DNA of 64,000 nt. Origin: Octopus vulgaris (Eukaryota). The stretch spans positions 61,380,001 to 61,444,000 of the forward strand of contig OX597832.1 of NCBI GenBank assembly GCA_951406725.2, written 5' to 3'. This document shows positions 44,920 through 60,562 of this stretch, in pieces. Below the pieces are notes generated by a model. It worked only from the letters and a program-made list of their open reading frames with translations. It was not told the origin of the DNA and searched no databases. Every line of letters starts with the position of its first letter. Position 1 is the stretch's first letter. The position numbers and the translations under genes were made by a program.

Positions 44920-45480
44920 TGAGGCGCGTGGCTTATTAGCTAGGTTATTCGGCTCACGATTTTAAGGGCATGAGTTCGGTTTCTCGCGTTGTGTTCTTGA
45001 GCAAAACACTTTGTTTCATCTTGCTCCAGTCCACTCAGCTGGCAAATATGAGTTGTACCAGCAATTCAAAGGGACCTTTTTGTGTCACGCTGAGGCAGTG
45101 GCAGAGGTGCTGTACGAAGTTTTGTCACTGAAATTCTCACCATCGTCTCGAGACGGCTGTCATCTGACAAGATGCAGCAAGCATCATACATACTACGCAC
45201 ACACACGCACACACGCACGCACACATACACACACATACACACACTCACACACGATCACATACATACGCGCGCACACATACACACAAGCTCACACACATAC
45301 ATACGCACACATATATATAGCCTTTCTGTGTCACGCTGTGACCCATTCTGTGTCACGCTGAATCTCCCTGTGTACGAATGTCGGTGGAGTGCTCAGTCAC
45401 TTACACGTAAATTTCACGAGCTGGATGTTAAGTTGATCGGATCAACTGGAACCCTCGTTGTCGTAATCGACAGAAAACCA
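44920..45480 (+). mobile_element. tRNA-derived SINE interrupted by an inverted local insertion
   Basis: Head gaggcgcgtggcttattagctagg...gagttcggtt, CORE-like box, tail homologous to 17020-17155; foreign segment at about 45092-45320. Confidence 0.7.
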
Positions 45481-46074
45481 GACGTATGTCTTCTGCATCG
45501 TTCGAATTGTGCTCAACCCAACAAAAACTAAATAGGAAAGAAAGTAAACGAACGGTGTAGGCTCTCCGTAGTCATCCAACTTGCAAGCGAAAGAAAGAAA
45601 TAAAACTCCAAAAAAATCCTAGCCAAATCTCGCTTGAATCACATCCTGTTCTTATAGAAGGATGGAATCTGAGGGGGGATTTGAGCTTGTCGAAAGAACA
45701 TAGCGGATCGATTAAAGACTCTCCGTTAGAGAGTCTTGGTTAAAGAGTCACTGATCTATTAAGCTGCCAAACTTAAAAAAAAAGCAAAATGGCTGGTTGA
45801 TTTGTTCGGCAAGCGCCTCCCCGCATAGATGCAGTCGAGTGATTGAATCCAAGCGGAAGGTAAACGATAAATGATGGGGAGATAACTGTGTGTATACCTT
45901 ATCGTGTTACTCTAAACCACTTTGTTTGGGACATTTATGAGAGCAAGAAGGGTAAGTTGACTGAAGGGAGATTTGATCTCTGATAAATTAAAACAAATTA
46001 GAAAGAAAAGAAAAGGAAAGAGATCAGAAAAGTGAGAAGTATACCTGCTCGGTTTGGAATTAAGTGAGCTCTGT

Positions 46075-47022
46075 GATTATGATGAAGACGATAGTGATGA
46101 TAATGATGATGGGTTCGACGACGACGACGATGATGATGATGATGATGATGATAATGATGACGTTGATGATGATGGTGGTGGAGGTGGTGAAGGAGGTGGT
46201 GGTAGTGCTGGTGGTGGTGATGATGATGGTGGTGGTGATGATGATGATGATGACGATCATGGTGATGGTGATGATGATGATGACAATAATGATGAGGGTG
46301 GTGGAGGTGATGGTGGCAGTGGTGGTGGTGGTGGTGGTGGTGGTAGCGATCATGATGATGATGATGATGACGATGATGGAATGGATCTTGGAAATTGAAA
46401 GGTCTCTCGCCCCTATAAATCATGTTGGAAATATCGATTTCTCAGTTGTGTGTACTTTTCACCAAATGTCTGGTTTTGTTGCCACACATTTGAGTGGAGA
46501 TGGACAAAGGGATCTGGATGATGATGATGATGATGATGGCGATGGTGACGATGATGATGATGATGATGATGATGATGACGATGATGATGATGATGATGAC
46601 GATGATGATGATGATGAGGATGATGACGACGACGATGGTGATGATGAGGACGATGATGGTGATGATGACGATGATGATGATGATGATGACGATGATGACG
46701 ACGATGACGATGATGATGATGACGACGACGATGGTGATGATGATGATGCTGATATTGATGATGCTGATGACGATGCTGATGACGACGACGATGATGTTAT
46801 TGATGATAGTGATGATGTGGAGGAGGAGATGCAGGAGCAGGAGGAGCAGGAGGATTGTGATGACAACATTGATGATGTTGAAGATGATTATGATAACGAC
46901 GGCGACGACGACGACTATATAATGACGATAATAATGATGATAACAGCGACGGTGACGACGACAATTACGATGATAATGATGACGACAATTGTGTAGCTGA
47001 TGATGCTGATGATGATGATAAT
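46075..47022. repeat. Two (GAT/GAC/GGT)n tracts, each followed by a diverged copy of a unique segment of about 125 bp
   Basis: 46380-46505 resembles 47025-47155. Confidence 0.85.
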
Positions 47023-47181
47023 GCATTGAATCGTAGAAATTCAAATGTCTTCGCCCCCAATAAATTATCTTCCAAATATCGATTTCTCCATTGTTGTAAT
47101 CTTTTGCTATAAATGTGTGGTTCTGTTGACACACATTTCTAGGGAGAATAGAGCAGTCTAGTGAAAAAGAAACATTACTAC

Positions 47182-47221
<40 letters not shown>

Positions 47222-47317
47222 ATACACACACACACATGTATCTATATACATACATATATACATCATATATATATACTGCATATACAAATACGTATAAACA
47301 TATGTACATACATATAT

Positions 47318-47390
<73 letters not shown>

Positions 47391-47458
47391 CATCTACTAC
47401 TGACACATACACAGACACACACACACATATGTATCTATATACATACATATATACATAG

Positions 47459-48062
47459 GCATGTAAAATGTGTGAGGCCTTTCAGCAGCATTTTGCCCGA
47501 CTGTTCGGGACGAGTGGCGGGCAAGAACGTAGGGTGGACTACCTACACAGCCTGCTACGACTCTCGACAAGAGAGGCAGGGTGCTGCGAAGGTGCCATCA
47601 CGGCGGCGGAAGTGCGGAACGCGATGGCAGAATGCTCGAGGGACAAATCGCCGGGTTTACCCTACGAGCTTTACGGTTGTATGCCAGACTTGTTTGGAGA
47701 CGTCTTGGTAGCGGTGTACTGCAAATGGCAGCAAAACGAGAGCATCCCTGGTTTTGTGAGCCGAGGAGCCGTAACACTGCTGAGAAAAGATCTAAAGAAG
47801 GGGCATGTAATAGATAACTTTAGACTCATCACTCTGCTTAATGCATACCTGAAAAGTTTGGCCAAGGTGTTAACCAAGAGGTTGGCGCTTGTTATCGAGA
47901 AACTGGTCGACAAGGCGCAAACGTGCGCCGTGCCGGAGCATCCATGACAACCTCTATCTGATGCGCTACATCATAGACAGGGTAGTTAAGGAACCTGGCA
48001 TGGGTGGGGCCCTGATCAATTTGGATCAATCGAAAGCTTTCGATAGCGTAGACCATCGATAC
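47459..48062 (+). mobile_element. L1/Tx1-clade reverse transcriptase fragment
   Basis: EGAITAAEV...KSPGLPYELY...VTLLRK...NFRLITLLNAYLKSLAKVLTKRL...QTCAVP/RSIHDNL...[15 protein letters not shown]; frameshifted. Confidence 0.92.
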
Positions 48063-48074
48063 ATCCATACATAC

Positions 48075-49166
<1,092 letters not shown>

Positions 49167-49290
49167 ATATATATATAGAGAGAGAGATATATACAAATAC
49201 ATACATACATATATATATATATATACACATATATATATACATATATATACATACGTTTATATATGTATATAAATAGATAAATAGATATAT

Positions 49291-50015
49291 ATGTTTCTTT
49301 ATTAGCCACACAGGGCTGCGCACAGACGGGACAGATTACAAAGTAGAGCTTTTCCTTTTGGGGAGAAAAAAAAGTGGGGTAGGTTTTCGATCAAAAGGGA
49401 TCGTAAAAGGGAAAGAAAAAAAAGAAAAAAAAGGGACAGAAAAAAAGAAAAAGAAAAAAACCATCAATAGCGATCGTGTATCACAGAAATGTCATGATGT
49501 AAAGTGTAAAGGGGGAAGCAGATAACGTTTATCCGTGGAAAGAAAACCCTACGAAAAAGACCACGGTCACCTCGGTCAATAATGTTACATGTTAACAAAT
49601 TTGTTTGCAAGTAGGTAACCCTCTGTTTTAAAATTTTCCAGGTTCATAGGATTATGCTCAAGGTGGCTTCGTCATTCATACGAGCCATCCTTGCTACATT
49701 CACCCATCTTTTTTTGAGACATTTGCTAGACAAAACTTGCCTCTCTACTCTCACTTTCCTTTTCAAGTGATACTTGAAGAAGTTGATGAGAGATTGACCA
49801 GAGAGAAAAGTGTTTATCTCAATCCTTTCAGACGCGTCCACCAGATACATTCTTTCGCCATAGCCACAAGAATGATGAAAATAGCTCTTCCTTCCCGTTT
49901 GAAGGAAGGAGGTGTGACGATATTGACGATAGACTCAGCTGATAAACCGACTCGTCCTACACGTGACAGCATTCGTTCGACATAAGCCAACAGGTCAGAA
50001 ATTGTTGGACTCTGT
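49291..50015 (-). mobile_element. L1/Tx1-like 3' end (ORF2 C-terminus plus 3' UTR)
   Basis: Minus frame ...IILVAMAKECIWWTR... then FFKYHLKRKVRVERQVLS...KKRW; T-rich UTR ends ccctgtgtggctaataaagaaa in (TA)n. A shorter relative lies at 63833-63945. Confidence 0.75.
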
Positions 50016-50031
50016 ATAGATGTGTATATAC

Positions 50032-50096
<65 letters not shown>

Positions 50097-51619
50097 CGTG
50101 TTTACAAATAGATGTGCGACAGCTACTGTTGAGCTTCGATCGTCATCGCCATCATCATCATCATCATCATTATCATCATCATCATTGCTCAGTCTGCTTT
50201 CTATATAATGGCTAAGCCACTACCGTACTTAGTAGAATTCTTGGCTATGATATACAAAGCATATGTGAGAGGAATTAGGATAACACACATATCATTTGTT
50301 TCTATATACGTTTCAAGATTGTAGTTAATTGGATCCAATAGAATACCAGCTGAATACTAGGGTTCAATGTAATGGACTTGCTCTTTCTTCTAAAACTGCT
50401 GCACTTCTGCCAACATTTGAACCGTCTGTGTATTCATTACTGTTGCTGTTTAACCTGAGTTCAATTCACATCCACACCATCTATGATCGAAATCAAATCC
50501 TCCACGACTATTCTGTTATTTTAGGGATAAGTCATGATCGTATGGTTTGAAGGATATTGAAATATCTCATTTCCAAGCGCCTATGTCATGCTGATAATTT
50601 CAAAAACGAATGAAATTGTTCTACACCTGGTTATCACTTCCTAGAAATTCTAAGAACTTCCTAATAGAGAAAACAAAATCAACTCTCTGTGAACGCTAAG
50701 GATGTCCTTCCTCGTATTTCTTAATTTGAAATTCAAATTTCTATACCTGCCTCGTGTTGTGAGAGCATAGTTACCTCGCTTGTATTTACGGCCATGGTAA
50801 AAGGGCGCCACATGCGTGTGTATATATGGGCGTACGCACACACATATACACGCATGCGCACACACATACAAATGCTCACATACATTCTGGATCACTATTG
50901 CCTTGGTGCTAAACCCTAACGATATCATCTGTGGTTTCACCCACCGCCACCACAACACTGATATAGTCAAGGTATGATATTGCACTCACTCCTAAGGCAG
51001 CCATCCGGCAGAATCCTTAACATCTCGAAAAAAATGCTTAGCTATATTACTTCCGGTCTTTATATTCTAAGTTTAATTTCCATCGAGTCCAAATTTGCGC
51101 TTCATCCTTTCTTGGTCGATAAAAGAAAGTACCATGGCTATATGAGAGAAGATTAGACCTGGCTATGATAGGTATATTAGATGGGGGTGGGGGCTAGAGG
51201 GTGTCTGCAGATGCACCGATAACAATAAGCGTCAGCATGATATTGTTCTGAATCAAAAGGTTTGCAATATTTTGGTAAATTATTTTATTCGTCAAGTCAA
51301 CACAAAAATCAGGCTAACATTGAAAATGGAGGCCATCGCGTTGCAGTGTCTAAAGCCGCCTTCCTGCCAGCTCTTTAATTCCACATCGGTACCGATTCTT
51401 GTCCTTCTAAGCAAGAACTGCTTCCCTGAAGCTTACATCTCTTCTTGGCTTATGAAGTGTCGCAGCTTGAATAATAAACCATATAAGTTACAAAATATTC
51501 CCTAAACATTTGTTGTTGTTGGCATCGTTTTGTCTCGAGAGACAATGGAATTGCACATAAACTAATCCAGTCTGGTTTTTACATTTCATGTCTTTCCAGC
51601 TTTGCGCAGGCCTGGGTTA

Positions 51620-51900
51620 AACGTAAGAAAATCCTGGGTAGCCCAATCGTCACGAATCCTCTCTCGACCTTGCTGACGTAGTCCAAAGGAGTGCAGAGCA
51701 TTTCGTTTGGCACCAGCTTGGTTGCAGGAGCTGCCAGAAGAGTGTCGAGTCGAACACTAAACCGCCTACAGGGCTCCACTCCGGATTTCTTCGAAGGTTG
51801 TCTCCTTTCCGTATCCCTGGATAGGGGTCCTTACCGAGTACTGCCAGCCAGAGCCAGCTGAGCTCGGGATCGTTTCAGGCAGGGTTATCACTCCCTGAAG
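51620..51900 (-). mobile_element. RTE/BovB-like LINE 5' UTR fragment
   Basis: aaatccggagtggagccc...ctcctgcaaccaagctggtgccaaacg...tcctttggactacgtcagcaaggtcgagag matches my recollection of RTE-BovB 5' UTRs; not database-verified. Confidence 0.55.
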
Positions 51901-52421
51901 TAGTGAAGAAAATCGCTACCCACTACCTACTGCCTAAACATTAGACTTAACATAAATTTTTTTCAGCCCATACGCCCTAGCGACATATGTCCGATTGTTA
52001 TTTAGGCAACTCTGTATGTATGAGAATATACCCACATGGACTATACATGTCTGTTTATGCAGTATACTAGGCTTTCTAGGTTGGTGGACACATTTTGCAA
52101 TTTAAGCAGTTTATAGTGGAACTTCGTAATTGTTTATGATGCGATGTTGCACTAATAAAATCTACGGACTCACTAATTAATAAGATTTCCCAGTCCACGC
52201 CTGGATATTGAATGAATATCTTTGGTAGGGTACAATATTGGAATTCCAAATTGCTTTGAGTTGGAACGTATCGCAGAGACCACGCCAAATGCTCGCCATC
52301 AAACACTTATACATGCAAAGGCGCAAACACACATATAATGGCACAAACAAACCCATTATCCTAAACATGTGCACACATCACACAGGAATACATACTGACA
52401 CTCTCAAACACATACAACGCG

Positions 52422-52471
<50 letters not shown>

Positions 52472-54406
52472 AATACGCACACACATTCATACGTTCACAC
52501 ACGCATCACGAAACACGTACGACACATTACACGAATGCTAACACCAGATTACACATTTACCCTGCTCCATACACACACGCATACCCACACGCACACACGA
52601 ACGCACACGCGAACGTGCAGTACAAACATTCCCGCTCAAATGCATTGGTAAGAACTAATGATGTATTCCCAGGGTAATGATCCGTATATAATTATTTTGA
52701 TCATGGATTGTTCATTAGAGACCATTCTAATTAGAACTTTATGCGCCTGCATAATTATAGAAACACACATTGTTGCCTCTAATGTATACATTCATATATA
52801 CATACAGACCTATGTACAAATATATATATATATATATATATACATAGGTCTGTATGTATATATGAATGCTTATATATATATATATACATACATACATACA
52901 CACATACATATATGTATATATATTTTGCATAATATAACAATACAATATTTGATATATATATATATATATAAAGAGAGAGAGAGAGAGAGGGGAGAGAGAG
53001 AGAGAGAGAGAGAGAGAATTAAATAGATAAATGGATAGATAGATAGATAAATAGATCGATCGATCGATAGATATATAGATACTTATACATATATGAATAC
53101 ATAAAAAAATACACATCCCTGTATGTGAGTGTATATATAAAAAAAATCATATATATAAATATATACACATACGTAAATATATACGTAGATGTATAAACAT
53201 GTATACCGATGTGTGTGTGTGTGTATGCGTGTATTTAAATAATAAGGGTGGCTCGTTACCAACTTTTCAAGCGAAAGGCAAAAATATATACGTCACTAAA
53301 GCGACTGAGGGCGCTATTCACTTCCATTATTGCTAGAAATAAGGGGCAAAAACAACACCGTCTTATTTACTGACAAGGAAGGCAAGGTCCCTAATCACAG
53401 GACATAGCCTGATCACCAGTGAATTGGCGTTTACATTAACGCTCGTCCGTGACTCTCACCGGCGGGGAATCTCAACTCGCCTTGTCAGCTTAAAAGATCA
53501 CTGTAAAAATCACAAATCATACCCTGATTTCAGAAATGGTAAAGGTGTAAATTATGAATAATAAGGGTGGATTGTTAGCAATATATATCCCGTTGTGTCT
53601 GGGGAGAGTCATTTTCTTTTTGTGCCTTATAATTTAACACACTGACCGGTAAAATTTCTACTTATTCCTTATTTTTATTTTCCTAGAATTTTCGTTGCGT
53701 CTGGCAGCCTTTACAAAAGTCTTGAATCTGTCTGTTATTTACACAGCGTTCCTTTCGTTTGTTTGTACATATTTGTATGGGTCTGTGTGTGTGTGTGCCT
53801 ATGCATGCATCCATGTATGTATGTATGCATGTGTGTGTATGTATATATATGTGTGTATGTATATGTATATATGTATGTACGTGTATGCATATGTATGAAT
53901 GTATTCTGCATATTCATGTGCTTGCATGCTCGTGTTTGTGTATTTTTTATGTATGTGTGAGTGTGAGCGCGTGTTTGTATATATATGCACCACTGTCTCC
54001 TTGTGTATGCATGTGTGTGTGTGTGTATGCTTTGCAACTATGTACCGTATTTGTATGTATGGATGTGCATCACCATATGTGTGGACACGTGTCTCCATAT
54101 GTGCACTTGTGTGAAGTAAAGTGTGTGTATATATGGTCATGTGTGTCAGTCTCCATTTGCATATGTGTGCTTGTCTGTTCGCATAACCTATGTACCTATC
54201 CATCCTGTATGTTGATCTGCTTATTTTCATATCCATATGCTTACATACATATGCATATACACACATACACCCCCATACACATACATACATCTATCTACTG
54301 GTGAATGTGTTAAATTATAAGGCACAAAAAGAAAATTACTCTCCCCAGACACAACATAAAGAATCTTGCAAACTAAATCCAAAAACGATATATATATATA
54401 TATATA

Positions 54407-54653
54407 CATATAAGGAAATAATTTTATTCTCAAACGCAGGAGAATACTAATGATATAGCACGAACAGGATAAACTATCCACATTTTGAAGATAATCTGTC
54501 GGCGACCAGCCATGAAACTTGAACAGGGATGTGAGTTGGAGTTTCATGGCTTGTTGCCGACAGATTTTTCAGCAAAATATGGATTGTTTATCCTGTTCAT
54601 GCTCTATCATTGACATTATCCTGCGTTTGAGAATAAAATCATTTCCTTATCTG
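54407..54653. mobile_element. Tc1/mariner-type MITE (247 bp, almost entirely palindromic, TA TSD)
   Basis: TA-ca(t)ataaggaaataattttattctcaaacgcagga ... tcctgcgtttgagaataaaatcatttccttatctg-TA; arms about 113 bp. Confidence 0.85.
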
Positions 54654-55336
54654 TATCTTTCAATGCATCTCAACGCTTCTAAAGCAAACTTTGTTGGCTT
54701 TCAACGCAAGTTGAATTTAATAAATATATAGGTGGAGAATTCACAAAAAAAAAAAAAAAAAACGACGAAGACAGGCGGAGTAGACAACAAACAGATATAT
54801 TAGTATAACGCTGGAGTAGAGAAAAAGTCTTTAACGTTTCGAGCTCAGGCTCTTCCACCAGAAAGGAACACAGAAAGAAACAAGAAGAGAAAATAAAGAA
54901 TGTGTAGTAGGTAGCGGATATATATATATATATATAATCATATATACACACACATACATGCACATGCCTACATATATATGTATATATACATGCATATATG
55001 GGTACAGGACGTCAAAAAACGTGAACAAAATGAGAACCGAGAACATAAAAAAACCAAAAGCATGGAAAACAAACTTTTTTTCGAACAACGAAAATATCAA
55101 ATAGAGAAACGAGACAGGCAACATAAAGAACATTCCATTCATCAATTGTCCCCTGTTTTATCTACACCGCGTTTCGAAGTTAGGGACATGACATGACTTC
55201 GTTAAAACAGTCCTTACCGCAAAGCAAATCAAAAAATAATTTGGTATTCCTTTATAAATGTATACGCGCTCACACGCAGACACACACACAAAACAAACAC
55301 GTGCACGTATAAAGAATACTGAATAAACGCACATAG

Positions 55337-55980
55337 TCATAAACATCCTAAAACATCTTTACGAAAATCTTACATATATCCAAAAACGAAAATCTTACAT
55401 ATATTCAAAAACTAGTACTTCCGGATCCAAACAGACGAATGAAACCTCGCATTCTTCCTCAATCACCCACGTGTGCTACGAGTAATTCCGCAGAAACTGC
55501 AGTTTGCTATCAGGGAGTGGATGTTATTATCAATAATAATAAAGGATGAAATTAATTAATCAATTAATGATTAATAATTTTACCAAGTAGTTCGGTATGT
55601 TAAAAGAACCATTTGGATTCGGAAGTACTGGTTTTTGAATATATGCTCTTCGATGGCGTTTGGTCGAGTACGTCTATTAATTTTCCCTGCTCTCAAATTT
55701 AAAATTTGAAATAAGCGAAAAGAAATATGATTTTACATCTTTTTACATCTCTTTATCCCCGAAACGTGTATAAGTTAATCAAAGCCAGGTGGATTCGTTA
55801 TTTTCTTCTCTTTACCTGTGTGAGTTGTAGAGTATTGCTGTCTGGGAGATATCTTATGGTAGTAGAATAGTAGTTTAACTGCTATTTCTAAATTTCGGTA
55901 TGTGCTGAAGCAAATTTTGCTGAACCCTAATTATAATTATGCTCATAATTATAGAATTTATATATATATATATAGATATT

Positions 55981-56035
<55 letters not shown>

Positions 56036-56754
56036 CGCACAAATATGAGCCCAGAGTAATAAGTCAGAATGACCATTGGTTTGCACATCAACAAAATAGG
56101 CAAACGTGACGATATTATATGTAACGTAAATTTATAATTCATTTAATATTATCTTCGCTTGGAAATGATGTAACACAATTATGAAATATTGGTCGTAAAC
56201 GAAGATCCATATGAGATATAGTAATAAATTTGCGATTCAAAAATCTCTCCAAAGTTGACATGCTTTTAACGAAAAAGACATTCTCCAGATAAGATGACAG
56301 TCGTTGGCACATGTTCAACTTCAATAAGAGTCATCGGCACGACAGCTGTCGGTGGTGTTGGTGTTGGTAGTGGTGAATAACAATTAAGTTATTCACAGTT
56401 ACGTCCCCTTCAAATTTGCTTATTCGAGTTATTTTAATAGATTCTACGTATGACTAAACCCATGTAAGATTTTCGTAAAGATGTTTTAGGATGTTTATGA
56501 CGATGGCGCTTGGTCGAGTACGTCTATTAATTTTCCCTGCTCTCAAATTTAAAATTTGAAATACTGTACTGAGGAAGGGAATAAGCGAGAAGAAATATGA
56601 TTTTACATGTTTTTACATCTCTTTAACCCCAAAACGCGTATGCAATTAATCAAACCCAGGTGGATTCGGTTTTTTCTTTATTACTTTACCTGCGTGAGTT
56701 GTAGAGTATTGCTGCCTGGCAGATATCTTATGGTAGTAGAATAGTATTTTAACT

Positions 56755-56756
<2 letters not shown>
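55337..56756 (+). mobile_element. Rearranged Penelope-type pLTR complex (direct plus inverted pieces)
   Basis: 55651-55880 resembles 56501-56755 (direct); 55337-55376 is inverted to 56462-56501; 55393-55431 is inverted to 55612-55645. Split hammerhead: CTGAGGA in one copy, CGAAACGTGTA in the other. Confidence 0.7.
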
Positions 56757-56817
<61 letters not shown>

Positions 56818-57050
56818 CTGATATATATATATGGAAAAAGGTCAAGGTAGAACATGCTAAATTAATTTTATAAAAAACATTCAATACCGTTTCAGTCATT
56901 GAGACTCCTTAAGCTGTATGGAAAACAATTAAATTTCGGAAAATTTAAATGAAAAGTATTTAAAAAGATTATTTGCATAGTATTCAAATACAAGGGGCAT
57001 TTTCCTTGTTTCTACATGTCTGTATTTCTCTTATTTATTCTTAGTGTATA

Positions 57051-57125
<75 letters not shown>

Positions 57126-57515
57126 CCATCTATCTGTCTATTGATGCGTATGACTTTGTGTGTTTGACACTATATATGTGGTTGTATGCATATACGTATG
57201 TGTGAGTGAGTGTGTGTGTGCGTGCGTGTAGAGCGTTGTACTGACGATCGTGAGGTCGTACTTTCAATTCCTAGACCGAGTGGTGCATTGTATTCTTGAG
57301 CAAAAACACTTAATCTCGCATCACTCTACAATCACGTCGATACGAGATGCGTGGTACGTCGTGCCCCCTGTTTCGGGCAACGGTGTTCTGATGGAGGGAG
57401 TGAGGTAATTGTCGGCACATACATTCGATATCTATAAAACAAATCATTTGTGCAGGTCATTTGGCAAAAGCTGAAAGCTCATACGTAGTCTTTGGTGGGA
57501 GAGACCATCAGCACA

Positions 57516-57570
<55 letters not shown>

Positions 57571-57613
57571 GTATATAATATAGATATATATGTATATACA
57601 TATATATAAATAT

Positions 57614-57644
<31 letters not shown>

Positions 57645-57649
57645 CATAC

Positions 57650-57722
<73 letters not shown>

Positions 57723-58366
57723 TATATGTATATACATATACATATATATATATGTGTGCAATGGCCATACTCGATAACTAGGGGGAAGCCATCATATATG
57801 TGTGTATATATATATGTGTGTGTGTGTGTGTATGTATGTGTGTGTATGTATGTATGTATATATATATATGTATGTATGTACTTTTATATGTTCATATCTG
57901 CGCGCACAAATGTTTCTCTTTGTGAGTATATATGAGATGTTTTCGGCGAGTATAATGTTTTACGTGGAAAGTAATTTTTTCCCGTTTATTGTTACAATTA
58001 AAATCGTCCAGAAATAATCAGATTGTTTGTTGAGAAGAAATCTCGCCGAAAGCAGACATTAGGTTGACATTTGCTGTAAATCCGTTGAAGAAATTGTTGT
58101 TATACAAGCAATTTCAAATTGAAACTCTTGTCTACGCACGCACACACACATAAAACATATACCCCCACACACAAAGGCAGCTGTACACATGTACACACGT
58201 ACACATAAACACTCTCACACAGAATCAGACGAATATATATATTTTATATATAGATCTGTGTGTGTATGATGTGCGTGTATGTGTGTGTGTGTGTGTGTGT
58301 GTATTTCGATTTTTGTTGAATATTTGTGTGTACGTGTATATTTTCGTATTCAACATTTGTATAAAA

Positions 58367-59627
58367 CAGATTGTTCAAACCGTCTCTCCGCAGTAAGTAT
58401 TTTATTACAAAATAATTATTTATAAGATGGTATAAAACTACAAAAGACTATATTAGATTTTGCAAGACTATAAAAAACTTTATAAGAAGTGTTGAAAGTG
58501 TTGTCCTTCATTTTTAATACATAAGTTGACTCTTCTACTCATGTTTTTGAAATACATTTTGGAGAGTCTGACTTGGTATGGAAGGTTATGATTGCGTGTG
58601 AAGGTTATGACCACGTCTTGTAGCTCATTAATGGTTTTCGGGCGATTCTTATACATTAATCCTTTACTTGCTCCCCAGAAAAAAAAAGCCTGGTGATCTT
58701 GTGATCTTAGTGGCCAAAGTCCCTTCGAAATAACCCGTCCACCGAAAAACTCTTGAAGTACTACCATGGTGATGCACGAAGTATGTGCAGTAGCTCCATC
58801 TTGCTGAAAGTATGCATTATTAATTTCACTTTCAGTGAGTTGGCTTACAAATGGATGGACAATATTTGAGCCTTGACTCTCAATGTTGATGGTGTCGTCA
58901 AAAAATATCGGTCCCACAATACGCTTTCTCGAAATCGCTATCCATACTCCGACATTTTCGGGATGCAGAGGCTGCTCATGCGTCGCGTGTGGATTCTCAA
59001 TGACCCATAACATTGTGTTTTGAGAATTTATGTTTCCGGACAGATGAAAACAAACCTTTCTTTCCGGAAACAAAGTTTTGGAACCAATGACAATAATGAA
59101 GCCTTTTAGCATGATCCGTAGTCTTCAATTCTTGAATGGCCAGCACTTTGTATGGAAAGAAAATTCATTTCTTTTTTACTGCCGTGTGAGCACTTCCTAG
59201 GCTGATTTCCGTTTCCTGTGACAATTTGAATAAGGACATTGACGGGCTTGCCAACAGTTTATCAGAAATATTGGAGAGTGTTTCGTCTGAAAGAACCGTA
59301 GGCTGACCGCTTCTTGATGCGTCTTCCACTGAGCCTGTGTTTCTAAATTTTCTTATCAAATCCCGCACATTGTCACGATGTGGAGCAACAGTATTTGGAA
59401 AAGTTTCACTGAACTTCTGTTTCACAATATCTGTGTATTTGTTTCCAGCTCGAAACACTCATTCATCTAAAAACGTACGTTCTTCAATGGTTAGTATGTC
59501 GACACGCTGAAGGGTACGCAATGACTGAGGGACAATGGCTGACACCTGGCCACCCACGCAGTGATAGCCAAGTTGCGCATGCGCAGGATGAAAATTTTCC
59601 CTGCGGAGAGACTTTATGAACACCCTA
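58367..59627 (-). mobile_element. Near full-length decayed Tc1/mariner-superfamily transposon (maT/DD37D-like)
   Basis: HTH part (LIRKFRNTGSVEDASRSGQP) and catalytic part (FHLSGNINSQN; VGVWIAIS...IVGPIFF; YFQQDGATAH; LWPLRSQD..FFFWG). TIRs cagattgttcaaaccgtctctccgcag / ctgcggagagactttatgaacacccta. Confidence 0.9.
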
Positions 59628-59795
59628 TACATATATTACATACATACATATACATACTATATATATGCACAAATACATGTATAGTCGTACGTGTGTTTTT
59701 ACGTGTGTATATATATGACTGAGTGTTAAGCGTTTGCATATGTATGCATATACATATTTATCTATCTAGCTCTCTACCTATCTATTCATATAAAT

Positions 59796-59869
<74 letters not shown>

Positions 59870-60222
59870 TTGTAATCATGAACTTCAAGGATATAAGTGT
59901 AGGAGAAAGGGTCGAGCGGTCCGTAGCAAGTATAAAAGAACAACGTTGAGGAAAAATAATGATTTATTGGAGATGGTCGCAGGCTTTTCTCATATCGAAG
60001 TTCGATCAGCTCAAAAAAATTGTTTTTTCATAGTCCACGGTTAGCAACTTGAGTCGATATGAATGCAAATAAAAATACAAATTCAGGGAGTGGAGCAGGT
60101 AAAGTTCAGAGCGCATATGAATAAGCCTTGTTGAGGAATTACTGTATTAGATGACCTTCTCCATCCCTGAATTTGGATTAATATGCACATACATGCATAC
60201 ATTCATACACACATATCTGTGT

Positions 60223-60343
<121 letters not shown>

Positions 60344-60505
60344 CGTCATAATTTTATATTGGGCTATACTCCTTGTAGTATACTGCTTAAAGCCCACCCA
60401 CAGTATTCGGCTACCTTACGTCAACACAAGAAACGATCGTAGTGGTTCTGAATAAAGTGCTTCGTGTATTCCATTTTCTCTCCGTCTGTCTGTCCCTCGC
60501 TCTTA

Positions 60506-60562
<57 letters not shown>

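Noticed and set aside
46054-46996. Asp/Gly-rich or His-rich ORFs resembling biomineralisation or beak proteins
   Set aside because: Several frames on both strands are open because of GAT/GGT repeats, and the same repeat type occurs non-coding elsewhere in the window. Not supportable without transcripts.
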